Of a stretch of 64,000 nucleotides of DNA, positions 10,360 to 18,736 are shown one piece after another. The stretch lies in assembly GCA_963844155.1 (NCBI GenBank), contig CAWJMY010000001.1, positions 692,200-756,199 of the forward strand, in the 5' to 3' direction. Source of the stretch: an uncultured Solirubrobacteraceae bacterium. GTDB lineage: Bacteria; Actinomycetota; Thermoleophilia; Solirubrobacterales; Solirubrobacteraceae. The notes beneath the pieces are model-generated. The model was not told where the DNA came from, searched no databases, and worked only from the letters and a program-made list of their open reading frames with translations. The position numbers were made by a program, and so were the translations under genes. The first letter of the stretch is position 1; each line of letters begins with the position of its first letter.

Positions 10360-10506
10360 ATGCTGCTCATCCTCGCCATCGTCCTGCTCGTGATCGCCAT
10401 CGCCGGCGGCACCATCGTGCACCCGCTGCTCTTCGCGCTGGCCATCGTCGCGCTCGTGCTGTTCTTCAGCCACAGCCGCGCGGGCGTCGGTCGGACGCGG
10501 ATCTGA
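10360..10506 (+). CDS. Small 48-aa membrane peptide
   Basis: AAAGGA RBS upstream; MLLILAIVLLVIAIAGGTIVHPLLFALAIVALVLFFSHSR...; GC-rich third codon positions. Confidence 0.7.
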   Translation: MLLILAIVLLVIAIAGGTIVHPLLFALAIVALVLFFSHSRAGVGRTRI

Positions 10507-10573
10507 TCCCGCCCCACCACCCAACCTCGTCGGGGGTCGCGCGTCCTGATCCACGTGACCCCCACGTTGTGGA

Positions 10574-12419
10574 GTGACACCCCGGCTCCACTCCGGGGGG
10601 CGGATGGCCGATGATCACCGGATCGCGGCCGTCCGCTCACCCACCCCCGCCCGGCGGCTGGTCCCCAGCCGCCTGCGCAGCGTCTCCGACGACGAGCTGG
10701 TGGCCCGCGTCCGCAGGGGGGACGCCTCGGCCTTCGAGGCCGTCTACGACCGCTACCACCTCGCCCTCCTCGGCTTCTGCCGCCACATGCTCGGCTCCCG
10801 CCAGGAGGCCGAGGACGCCCTCCAGCACGTCTTCATCGCCGCCCACCGGACCCTCCAGGAGGACGCCCGGCCGCTGCAGCTCAAGCCCTGGCTCTACGCC
10901 GTGGCCCGCAACCGCTGCACCTCCGTCCTGCGCGCCCGCCGCGACGAGGCCGGCTTCGAGGACACCATCGCCCCCGGCGCCACCGACGGGCTCGCGCTCG
11001 CGGAGGAGGTCGAGCGCCGCGCGGACCTCCGGGCCCTGCTCTCGGACGTCGCCGCCCTGCCGGAGGAGCAGCGCGCGGCGCTCGTGCTCTCCGAGCTCGG
11101 GGACCTCACCCACGAGGAGATCGGGGTGACGCTCGGCGTCCGCAAGGAGAAGGTCAAGGCGCTCGTCTTCCAGGCGCGCGAGTCGCTCCTGGGCTCGAAG
11201 CACGCGCGGGACGTGGACTGCTCCGAGATCCGCGAGCAGCTCGGGACCCTGCGCGGTGGCGCGCTCCGGCGCACCCCGATCGCCCGGCACGTCGCGGGGT
11301 GCCCCGGGTGCGCGGCCTACAAGGAGGACGTGCGCCGGCAGCGCGCGGCGCTCGGGATGGTCCTGCCCGTCGTCCCGGCCCTGGCCCTCAAGGAGCAGGT
11401 GCTCACCGCCGCGCTCGGCGCGGCGGGCACCGGCGCCGCGGGAGCCGCTGGAGCTGCGGGCCTCGGCGCGGCCGGCGGCGGTGCGGGTGCGGCGGCGGCC
11501 GGCGGCGCGGCCGTGGGCGGGGCGGCGAAGGTCCTCGCCGTCGTGGCGATCACGGGCAGCGCCGTCGGCGGCGGGATCGCGCTGCGCGGGGACCCCGCAC
11601 CCGCGGCGCGCTCCGCGAAGCCCCTGCCGACGCAGCAGGTCGCCGCCGTGCGCGCGCGTGGGCCCGCGCGCAAGCCGACGGGCTACCTCTCCCCGAGCAT
11701 CCCGCGGCGCGCGCCGTCGCCCACGTCGACGCCCGCGACCCCCGCCGCGGTGCAGAGGCTGCTCGCGGGGGGCGACGACGATCCCCGGGGCACGGCCGGC
11801 ACGGCGAAGCGGCCCGGGGCCAAGGGCTCCGTTCGCCCCGCGTCGACCGGGCGAAAGCCGGCCGGGGGAACGACGGCCGTCGCGAGCGCCTCCGCTCCGG
11901 CGGGCCCGACGGCACGAGCAGGGAACGAGGACGCAGGGAGCGGGGCGCAGGCCGCTGGTGCCGGGACGACGGGCCGCGAGGACGCGAAGGCGGCCGAGCG
12001 GGCCCGGCGCAAGGCCATGAAGGCCGAGGCGAAGGCGCGGCGTGAGGCCGCCAAGGCCGCGGCGAAGGCACGGCGTGACGCCGCGAAGGTCGCGCGGGCG
12101 CAGCGCAAGCGTGCGGCTGCCGCGGCGCGCGAGGCGGCGAAGGGCCGGAAGGCCGCGAAGGCGCGGAAGGCCGCGAAGGACCGGAAGGCGGCGGAGGACC
12201 GGGAAGCGGCGAAGGCACGCAAGGCCGCGGGCGACCGGGAAGCCGCGCGCGAACGCCGGCGAGCGGCGAAGGCGCAGCCGAGCGCCGGGGCGACCGCCGG
12301 GGCCCGCAAGGGCCGGAGCACGCCGACCACGACGAAGCCCGCGAAGGACGGCGGGAAGCGCGGCGGGCTCGAAGGACCGGCTGCCCGCAGCCCGGGGCGG
12401 CGGCAAGGGGCCTGGCTGA
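10574..12419 (+). CDS. ECF sigma-70 factor with fused zinc-finger (HxxxCxxC) domain, TM segment and Ala/Lys/Arg-rich tail
   Basis: SDDELVARVRRGDASAFEAVYDRY, AEDALQ, WLYAVARNRC, LPEEQRAALVL, HVAGCPGC. The probable true end (GGGKGPG*) is in another frame at 12419; the start may be ATG 10604. Confidence 0.8.
12130..12275 (+). repeat. Degenerate 18-bp tandem repeat encoding AAK(A/D/G)RK hexapeptides
   Basis: Protein reads AAKGRK-AAKARK-AAKDRK-AAEDRE-AAKARK-AAGDRE. Confidence 0.6.
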
Positions 12420-12493
12420 GGCCCGCGGCCGGCTTCGGCGCACGTTCGCGCCGAACTCCCCAACCTCACGCGCGGCCGGCGCGTTGGAGGCGC

Positions 12494-12895
12494 ATGTACC
12501 CGGTCCGCACGTCGCTCGTCCTGGCCGACGACAGCCCCGTCTACCGCTCCGGCCTCCTGCGCAGCATCCTGCAGGAGACGCGGTTGGAGCTCCTCTCCGT
12601 CGTCGAGGACGGGGACGCCGCGCTCGAGGCCATCGCGAACCTCCGCCCGGACGTCGCGCTGCTCGACGTCCGCATGCCGGGCCGCTCCGGCCTCGAGGTG
12701 TGCGAGGCCCTGGCCGTCGACGGCGCCATCCCCCGCACCCGTGTCGTGCTCATGAGCGCCCATGCGGACGCCCAGCTCGCCACGCAGGCACGGCAGGCCG
12801 GGGTCGCGACCGTCCTCAGCAAGGCCCTCCCGCGCAGGGACATCCTCGACGCGGTGCTCGTGGCCGCCTCCTTGCCGAGCGTGCGCTGCGCCTGA
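12494..12895 (+). CDS. Stand-alone response regulator receiver domain
   Basis: GGAGG RBS just before ATG 12494; LADD, LLDVRMPG, MSAH, LSK. Confidence 0.8.
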   Translation: MYPVRTSLVLADDSPVYRSGLLRSILQETRLELLSVVEDGDAALEAIANLRPDVALLDVRMPGRSGLEVCEALAVDGAIPRTRVVLMSAHADAQLATQARQAGVATVLSKALPRRDILDAVLVAASLPSVRCA

Positions 12896-12986
12896 CCTGA
12901 CCGCCACCTGAACACCGTGAGCGCACACGCGCCGGGGCCCCCGGAGGCGGTTGCGAAGCACGGGGCCGCGGGGTAGTGCTGCGGCC

Positions 12987-13430
12987 ATGCACCGACTCCT
13001 CTCGACGCACCGGCCGCCGCCCGCGGCCCTCGCGCTCCTCCTGGTCTCCGCGGCCTGCTTCGCCGTGGCGGGCTTCGAGCACGCCCGCCTGTTCCACCGC
13101 GGGTACGCCGAGGTGGAGGTCGTCGGGCCGCTCTTCTGGCTCAACGGCCTCGGGACGCTCGTCGTCCTCCTGCTGCTCGTCTTCGACTACGTCGGGCTCT
13201 ACGTCGTGGGGTCGCTGGCCATCTCGCTCGGCTCCATCGTCTCCATCCTCATCTCGCACAACGGGGAGTTCTTCGGCTTCGCCGAGGGCGGCTGGGACGG
13301 CGACGCGACGCTCATCATCGCCACGGAGGCCGCGAGCGTCGTGCTCGTCCTCGCGGCGCTCGCCCTGGGTGCCCTGCGCGGCGCCGACGCGGCCCGAACG
13401 ACCCGCGCGGACGGGAGCGTGGCGGCATGA
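12987..13430 (+). CDS. Hypothetical 4-TM membrane protein
   Basis: Hydrophobic segments; ATGA overlap with the cytochrome c gene. Confidence 0.7.
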   Translation: MHRLLSTHRPPPAALALLLVSAACFAVAGFEHARLFHRGYAEVEVVGPLFWLNGLGTLVVLLLLVFDYVGLYVVGSLAISLGSIVSILISHNGEFFGFAEGGWDGDATLIIATEAASVVLVLAALALGALRGADAARTTRADGSVAA

Positions 13431-13885
13431 AGCCCGTGCGCCTCGGCCTGGCCGGCCTCGTCGTCATCGTCTTCGTGCTCGCCCTGACGGGCCTCGGGAT
13501 GGGCGACGCCCCCAAGAACGACCCCGCGCCCACGGGCGCCGCGCTCACCGCCTCGAAGGAGGCGATCGCGTCCGGCGACGCCGACGTCCAGGCGGGCAAG
13601 GAGGAGTTCGAGGAGCACCACTGCGACTCGTGCCACGCCATCGCCGCGACGGGCGCGAAGGGTCAGCTCGGCCCGCGGATGGACGCGCAGGGCGACACCC
13701 TCGAGGAGATCGAGGAGAACATCGCCGAGCCGCGCAAGGACATCGCGGAGGGCTACGAGGAGAACCTCATGCCGACGGACTACAAGGAGGAGCTCGGCTC
13801 GAAGGGCATCGAGGAGGTCGCGAAGTTCATCAAGGCCGCCTCGACCACCGGGGAGAAGGGCGGCGGGGACGGCGACGAGGGCTGA
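13427..13885 (+). CDS. Membrane-anchored c-type cytochrome
   Basis: N-terminal TM segment, CDSCH heme motif, GP motif and distal Met (NLMPTDY). Confidence 0.85.
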   Translation: MKPVRLGLAGLVVIVFVLALTGLGMGDAPKNDPAPTGAALTASKEAIASGDADVQAGKEEFEEHHCDSCHAIAATGAKGQLGPRMDAQGDTLEEIEENIAEPRKDIAEGYEENLMPTDYKEELGSKGIEEVAKFIKAASTTGEKGGGDGDEG

Positions 13886-13892
13886 GGCCCGG

Positions 13893-13898
13893 TAGCGT
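13893..13898 (+). promoter_or_regulatory. Putative -10 element (TAGCGT) for the retron ncRNA/RT transcript
   Basis: TANNNT 7 nt upstream of the first base of the inverted repeat (13906); the same 6-7 nt spacing occurs at apparently leaderless genes here (17985, 18725, 52184). Confidence 0.55.
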
Positions 13899-13905
13899 CG
13901 CCCCC

Positions 13906-14056
13906 GGCGGCGCGCCCGAGCCGGTCACGCCGGGCGTGACCTCTCCGGGGGAGCCCCGGGGGCACAGCAGGACCACCGCAGGGCACCGCGTGCCGACCGC
14001 CGTGCCACGTCACGGGCCGCGGCACGCACGACGAGGGAGCCGTCGGGCGCGCCGCC
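13906..14056 (+). ncRNA. Retron msr-msd-like ncRNA
   Basis: Perfect 14-bp inverted repeat (13906-13919 ggcggcgcgcccga / 14043-14056 tcgggcgcgccgcc); G at 13920 directly after the 5' arm; hairpins at 13923-13941 and 13943-13961; longer stem-loop at 13988-14027; ends 25 nt before the RT start. Confidence 0.8.
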
Positions 14057-14081
14057 ACCCCCGCCCTGGGAGCATCGGCCC

Positions 14082-15407
14082 ATGACCGGCGGGAGCGACG
14101 GCGCGGTGGCGGAGGCGGTCGCCTCCGCGTTCCTCGCCGGGCCGTGGGCCGAGGAGCCCATGGTCCGCCGCGCGGCCCAGGCGCTCGCGCCGCGGCCCCG
14201 CTGGCTGCGCCCGGTCGCCCGCCGGGTGCTCGCGCTCCACCACCGCCCGCCGCACGACGCGCCGCGGGAGCTCGCGGCGCTCGTCGCCCTGCTGGTGGCC
14301 GAGGGGCGTGGCGCGGTGCCCTCGCCCCGCGTCGTGCGCCGGTTCACCGCGACGACCGCGATGGGCCGCCGCCGCTTCGGCGTCCCGGGGATCGCGGACG
14401 CGGGTGCCCTGGCCGAGCGCTTCGAGCTCGACGCGGGCCAGCTGCTCTGGCTCGCCGACCCCCGCGGCCTCGAGCGCAGCGCGCGGGCGGAGCGCCTGCG
14501 CAACTACCGCTACCACCTCGTCCCGCGCCCGGGCGGGCCGCCGCGCCTGGTCGAGGCACCGAAGCCACGGCTGAAGGAGGTGCAGCGCGCACTCCTGCGT
14601 GACGTCCTGGCCCACGTCCCGGTGCACCCCGCCGCGCACGGCTTCGTCCCCGGGCGCTCCGTGCGCTCCCACGCCGCGCTGCACACGGGCCGGCGCGTCG
14701 TCCTCGGGCTCGACCTCCGGGACTTCTTCGCCGGGATCGCCGCCGGCCGGGTGTTCGGGACCTTCCGCGCCTGCGGCTACCCCGAGGAGGTCGCCCACCT
14801 CCTGACGGCGCTCTGCACGAACCGCGTCCCCCACGCGGTCTGGGCCGCCGCGCCGCCACCGCCACCGGCCGCGGTGCACGCCCACGCGCTGCTCGGCCGG
14901 CGGCTCGCGGCGCCGCACCTGCCGCAGGGCGCACCGACCTCCCCCGCGCTGGCGAACCTCGCGGCCCACCGCCTCGACCGGCGCCTGAGCGGGCTCGCGT
15001 CGCGCTTCGGCGCGACCTACTCGCGCTACGCGGACGACCTCACGTTCTCCGGCGACGCGGAGCTCGCGCGCAGCGCGGAGCACTTCCGGGCGCACGCGGA
15101 GGCCATCGTCCGCGACGAGGGCTTCCTCGTGCACCCCGGCAAGCGCCGCCTGACCACGCGCGCGGGCGCCCAGCGCGTCTGCGGCGTCTCGGTCAACGCC
15201 CACCCGAACCTCCCGCGGGCGGAGTGGGATGCGCTGCGCGCGCAGCTGCACCGCCTGCGCCTCGACGGCCCGCCCGCGCCGGGCGAGCACCCGGGGCCGG
15301 ACCTCCGCGCGCACCTCCTCGGGCGCATCGCCTGGGCCGGCCACCTCGACCCGGCGCGCGGCGCGAAGCTCCGCCGGGCCTTCGACGAGGTCCCGTGGCG
15401 CGCTTGA
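14082..15407 (+). CDS. Retron-type reverse transcriptase (441 aa, intact frame)
   Basis: HPAAHGF, SHAALH (region X NAxxH variant), DLRDFF, LPQGAPTSPALAN, YSRYADDLTFSG, QRVCGVSVN (region Y VTG variant). Confidence 0.92.
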   Translation: MTGGSDGAVAEAVASAFLAGPWAEEPMVRRAAQALAPRPRWLRPVARRVLALHHRPPHDAPRELAALVALLVAEGRGAVPSPRVVRRFTATTAMGRRRFGVPGIADAGALAERFELDAGQLLWLADPRGLERSARAERLRNYRYHLVPRPGGPPRLVEAPKPRLKEVQRALLRDVLAHVPVHPAAHGFVPGRSVRSHAALHTGRRVVLGLDLRDFFAGIAAGRVFGTFRACGYPEEVAHLLTALCTNRVPHAVWAAAPPPPPAAVHAHALLGRRLAAPHLPQGAPTSPALANLAAHRLDRRLSGLASRFGATYSRYADDLTFSGDAELARSAEHFRAHAEAIVRDEGFLVHPGKRRLTTRAGAQRVCGVSVNAHPNLPRAEWDALRAQLHRLRLDGPPAPGEHPGPDLRAHLLGRIAWAGHLDPARGAKLRRAFDEVPWRA

Positions 15408-15444
15408 GCTCGGCTTCAGGGGCGTCCGGCACCATCCCGGCCTC

Positions 15445-15537
15445 GAGGGAAGTACCCCCCGCCGGACGTCGTCAGCACGGTGCCGCCATCGGCACCCGGC
15501 CCCGGGACCGCTCAGCACGAGCGGCTGGCCAAACCTC
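15445..15537 (+). promoter_or_regulatory. yybP-ykoY (Mn2+) riboswitch
   Basis: GAGGGAAGTAC...GTCGTCAGCACG...CCGGC...GGCCAAACCTC follows the family layout as I recall it; gagg/cctc closing stem; directly upstream of a TerC/Alx gene. Confidence 0.75.
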
Positions 15538-15560
15538 TGTGATCACCCACCGGAGGTCCC

Positions 15561-16448
15561 ATGTCCAGCTGGCCCTTGCTCCTCGTGCTCATCCTCGTCC
15601 TGGTCCTCGTCGACCTGGTCGTCATCGGCCGCCGTGGCGGCGTCATGTCCGGCCGCGGCGCGGTCATGGCCACCCTCCTCTGGATCGGCATCGCGCTGCT
15701 CTTCGGCGTCGCCCTCCTCGTCGGCGGCGAGTCCGGCCAGGGCTCCGCGTACTTCGCGGGCTACCTCGTGGAGAAGACGCTCTCGCTCGACAACGTCTTC
15801 GTCTTCCTGCTCGTCTTCGGCGCGCTCGGCGTGCCCGAGGCCGACCGGCACCGCCTGCTGAGCTTCGGCATCGTCCTGGCGCTGGCGCTGCGGGCCGGCG
15901 CGATCTTCGCGGGCGCCGCGCTGCTCGAGTCCTTCGGCTGGGTCTCCTTCGTCTTCGCCGCGCTGCTGGCCTGGACGGCGTTCGGGATGCTCCGCCACCG
16001 CCACGACCACGACGGGGAGTCGAAGCTCGTCGACGGGCTCCTGCGGCGATTGCCGCTGAAGGGCGCGGCCGCGGCGCTCGTGGCCTTCGCGCTGGTCGAC
16101 CTCATCTTCGCGGTCGACTCCGTGCCGGCGATCCTCGCGATCACGGACGACACCTACGTCGTCTTCGCGGCCAACGCGTTCGCGCTCCTCGGCCTGCGGC
16201 CGCTGTTCTTCGTCGTCGAGGACCTCGTGCGCAAGCTCCCGGAGCTCAAGACGGCGCTGGCCCTCGTGCTCGTCTTCATCGCGATCAAGCTCGTGCTCGG
16301 CGAGCTCGTCGCGAAGGTCGGGCCGGAGGTCTCGCTCCCGGTCGTCGCGCTGATCCTCGGCGGCGGCGTGGTCGCCTCGCTGCGCAAGCGCCCCGGGGCG
16401 CTCACCGCCGACGCGCCGGACGCGGGGCGTCGCGGCGCGGAGGTGTGA
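15561..16448 (+). CDS. TerC/Alx family membrane protein (Mn homeostasis)
   Basis: YFAGYLVEKTLSLDNVFVF, DLIFAVDSVPAILAIT, NAFALLGLRPLFF; GGAGG RBS. Confidence 0.92.
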   Translation: MSSWPLLLVLILVLVLVDLVVIGRRGGVMSGRGAVMATLLWIGIALLFGVALLVGGESGQGSAYFAGYLVEKTLSLDNVFVFLLVFGALGVPEADRHRLLSFGIVLALALRAGAIFAGAALLESFGWVSFVFAALLAWTAFGMLRHRHDHDGESKLVDGLLRRLPLKGAAAALVAFALVDLIFAVDSVPAILAITDDTYVVFAANAFALLGLRPLFFVVEDLVRKLPELKTALALVLVFIAIKLVLGELVAKVGPEVSLPVVALILGGGVVASLRKRPGALTADAPDAGRRGAEV

Positions 16449-16481
16449 CCCCCGGGGAGGCGCATCGTCTCCCCAGGGGTC
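16447..16481. terminator. Hairpin between convergent genes
   Basis: Near-perfect stem gacccccggggag / ctccccaggggtc. Confidence 0.5.
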
Positions 16482-16493
16482 GCACGTCGTGGG

Positions 16494-17303
16494 CTACGGC
16501 CTCGCGGGCCGCGCCGGGCGGTTGGCCTCGAAGGCCTTGCGCACCGCGGAGGCGTCCTTGCCGAGCGCCTTGGCGACCGCGGCGTACATGTCCGCCTCGC
16601 GGGCGGCGTGCCCGGCCTCGTGCGCCTTGCTCGCCGCATCGAGGGCGGCCTGCGCCTTCTCCGTGCTCACGTCGAGCCCCTTCGCGAGCGCCGCGGCGAG
16701 CGCGGAGTCGTCGCGGCCCGGGCCACGCCGACCCTCGGGGCGGTTGGCGTCGAGGACGGCCTGCACGTCGGCGGTGGAGGCACCGAGCGCCTTGGCGATC
16801 GCCGCGGCGTCGTCCCCGCGGCGGTCGCCGGGGGTGCCGGTCGGGCGGGCGGCGTCGAGCGCGGCCCGCAGCTTCGCGGTGCTGACGCCGAGGTCCTTCG
16901 CGACGGCGGCGAGGTCCGCCCGCATGCCGCCGTGGCCGCCCGGGCCGCCGTGGCCGCGGCCGCCGGCCGGGCGCGTCTCGACGGAGGTGACGGTGAAGTC
17001 CTTGTCGACCTTCACCTCGACCTCCGAGCCGTCCGCCTTGCGGATGTGGCTCTCGTAGACGCCGCCGTCGTCCGTCTCCGTGCGGATGACGGTGCCGGGG
17101 ACCTTCGCGAGGGCGGCGGCCTCCACCCGCTCCTTCGTCGAGCCGGTGAGGGCGGTCTCGCCCGCACCACGGGCCGGGCGCTGCTTGGCGGTGGACGTCG
17201 TGGAGGAGCCGGAGTCGGCGGCTCCGGCGATCGCGGCGCCGGAGAAGCCGGCGGCGGCGGTGGCCGCGAGGATCGCGGTGAGCTTCGGGGACAGGTTGGG
17301 CAT
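16494..17303 (-). CDS. Secreted protein with a PepSY-like domain and repeated helical 'AKALGVSTAKL' units
   Basis: Signal peptide MPNLSPKLTAILAA...; AALAKVPGTVIRTETDDGGVYESHI; repeated AKxLGxS segments. Confidence 0.7.
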   Translation of the reverse strand: MPNLSPKLTAILAATAAAGFSGAAIAGAADSGSSTTSTAKQRPARGAGETALTGSTKERVEAAALAKVPGTVIRTETDDGGVYESHIRKADGSEVEVKVDKDFTVTSVETRPAGGRGHGGPGGHGGMRADLAAVAKDLGVSTAKLRAALDAARPTGTPGDRRGDDAAAIAKALGASTADVQAVLDANRPEGRRGPGRDDSALAAALAKGLDVSTEKAQAALDAASKAHEAGHAAREADMYAAVAKALGKDASAVRKAFEANRPARPARP

Positions 17304-17500
17304 GGTGGGGCGGGCCTTTCGGTTCGAGGGGTGCTGGGTGGTGGACGGAGCTTCGGCGGCGCCCCTGGGACCGGCCGCGGGATCCGCTGGGGATTCGCTG
17401 AGCATCCGCGCGCCCCGCTGGGAGCGCCCGCGTAGTGACGCGGGAGTGACGGGCACGCGGTGAGCCTGGCCGCTCCACCCACAACAGGAGGTGCAACCAG

Positions 17501-17785
17501 ATGGGACCCAGCACGAAGGTCCGCACGGGGCTCGTGGCCGGCCTGGCCGGGCTCGCGGCCGTCGTCGGCGGCGTCTCGATCGCCTCGGCGACCGACACGA
17601 CGCCCGCGGCGCAGAGCTCCCCGGCGGCGGTCCAGGGAGCCGCCCCGGCGGCCATCGCCGACGAGGTGCAGCCCGCGGCGCAGGCCCCCGCCCGGGGCGA
17701 CTGCCCCAAGGACGGGCAGGGGGGCGCCGCGGCGCAACCCGATGCCACGACGCCGGCGCCGGCCACCCCGGCGCCGCAGCTCTGA
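17501..17785 (+). CDS. Small secreted low-complexity protein
   Basis: AGGAGG RBS; signal peptide; Ala/Pro/Gln-rich with a single GDCP. Confidence 0.7.
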   Translation: MGPSTKVRTGLVAGLAGLAAVVGGVSIASATDTTPAAQSSPAAVQGAAPAAIADEVQPAAQAPARGDCPKDGQGGAAAQPDATTPAPATPAPQL

Positions 17786-17826
17786 GGCGGGGGCCGGGCC
17801 GCCCCCCGGGGCGGTCCGGCCCTGCC
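17786..17826 (+). terminator. GC-rich hairpin
   Basis: Stem gggccgggccgccc / gggcggtccggccc immediately after the stop codon. Confidence 0.5.
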
Positions 17827-17997
17827 CGGCACCCGCGCCGCGACGCGCTGCGGGGGCTCGTCGGCGCCCGCTCATGCGCGCTCCATACCTCGTTCTCGCG
17901 CTGGACAACCTGTCGATCCGGGCCACTCACCACTTCTGGGGAGGGGGTGGACGAACGATCGGTGGCGCGCCTCCCGCAGCCCCCTACCTTGCGCCCC

Positions 17998-18711
17998 ATG
18001 CCGCAGCTGCTCACCCGCGCCGAGTCCCCCTCCCTGGCGCTGGCCGGCCCCGCGACGCTGCCCGCCCGCCCGGCCGTCGCAGCCCCGGCGCGGCCGGACC
18101 GCGAGGCCGTCGCCCGAGCCGCCAAGCGCGGCTTCGACCTCGTCGGCGCCGCCCTCCTCCTGGGGCTGCTGGTGCCGGTGCTGCTCCTCATCGCCGTCGC
18201 GGTCCGCGCGTCCTCCCCCGGGCCGGTCCTCTACCGCCAGCGGCGCATCGGCGCGGGCGGCGTGAGCTTCGACATCCTCAAGTTCCGCTCCATGCGCTGC
18301 GCTGCCGCGGGGCAGCTCGCCCTCACCGCCGGGAGCGCCCCCGGCGGGGTCGAGGGGCTCGACCGCCGGACCGCGGTCGGCGCCTTCCTGCGCCGCACCT
18401 CCCTCGACGAGCTGCCCCAGCTGTGGAACGTCGTCGTGGGCGAGATGAGCCTCGTCGGCCCCCGGCCCGAGCGCCCCGCCTTCGTCGAGCTCTTCGCCGA
18501 CGAGGTGCCGGGCTACGCCGACCGCCACGCCGTGCGCGGCGGCATCACGGGCCTCGCGCAGGTGCGCGGCCTGCGCGGCCAGACCTCCATCGCGGAGCGC
18601 GCGCTCGCCGACCAGGAGTACGTGCGCACCTGGGGGCTGCTGCTCGACCTGCGCATCCTCCTGCGCACGGTCCTCTGCCTGCGCCACGACACGGAGCAGC
18701 CGCGGCGCTAG
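17998..18711 (+). CDS. Bacterial sugar transferase (polyprenyl-phosphate phosphoglycosyltransferase)
   Basis: KRGFDL, KFRSM, RRTSLDELPQLWNVVVGEMSLVGPRPE, GITGLAQV. Confidence 0.9.
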   Translation: MPQLLTRAESPSLALAGPATLPARPAVAAPARPDREAVARAAKRGFDLVGAALLLGLLVPVLLLIAVAVRASSPGPVLYRQRRIGAGGVSFDILKFRSMRCAAAGQLALTAGSAPGGVEGLDRRTAVGAFLRRTSLDELPQLWNVVVGEMSLVGPRPERPAFVELFADEVPGYADRHAVRGGITGLAQVRGLRGQTSIAERALADQEYVRTWGLLLDLRILLRTVLCLRHDTEQPRR

Positions 18712-18736
18712 GCCCGTGCTCGCCTAGGGTGCGGGC

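Noticed and set aside
10094-10360. c-di-AMP or c-di-GMP riboswitch in this intergenic region
   Set aside because: I could not match the conserved motifs of either class; only short generic hairpins are present.
14010-15518. 502-aa antisense ORF across the RT as a hidden retron effector
   Set aside because: It is an Arg/Ala/Gly-rich shadow frame typical of high-GC DNA with no motifs; similar antisense ORFs occur throughout the window.
13886-15560. RT as part of a group II intron, DGR or CRISPR-RT system
   Set aside because: No maturase or endonuclease domain, no long intron RNA, no template/variable repeat pair and no cas genes or array; motifs and upstream structure fit a retron.
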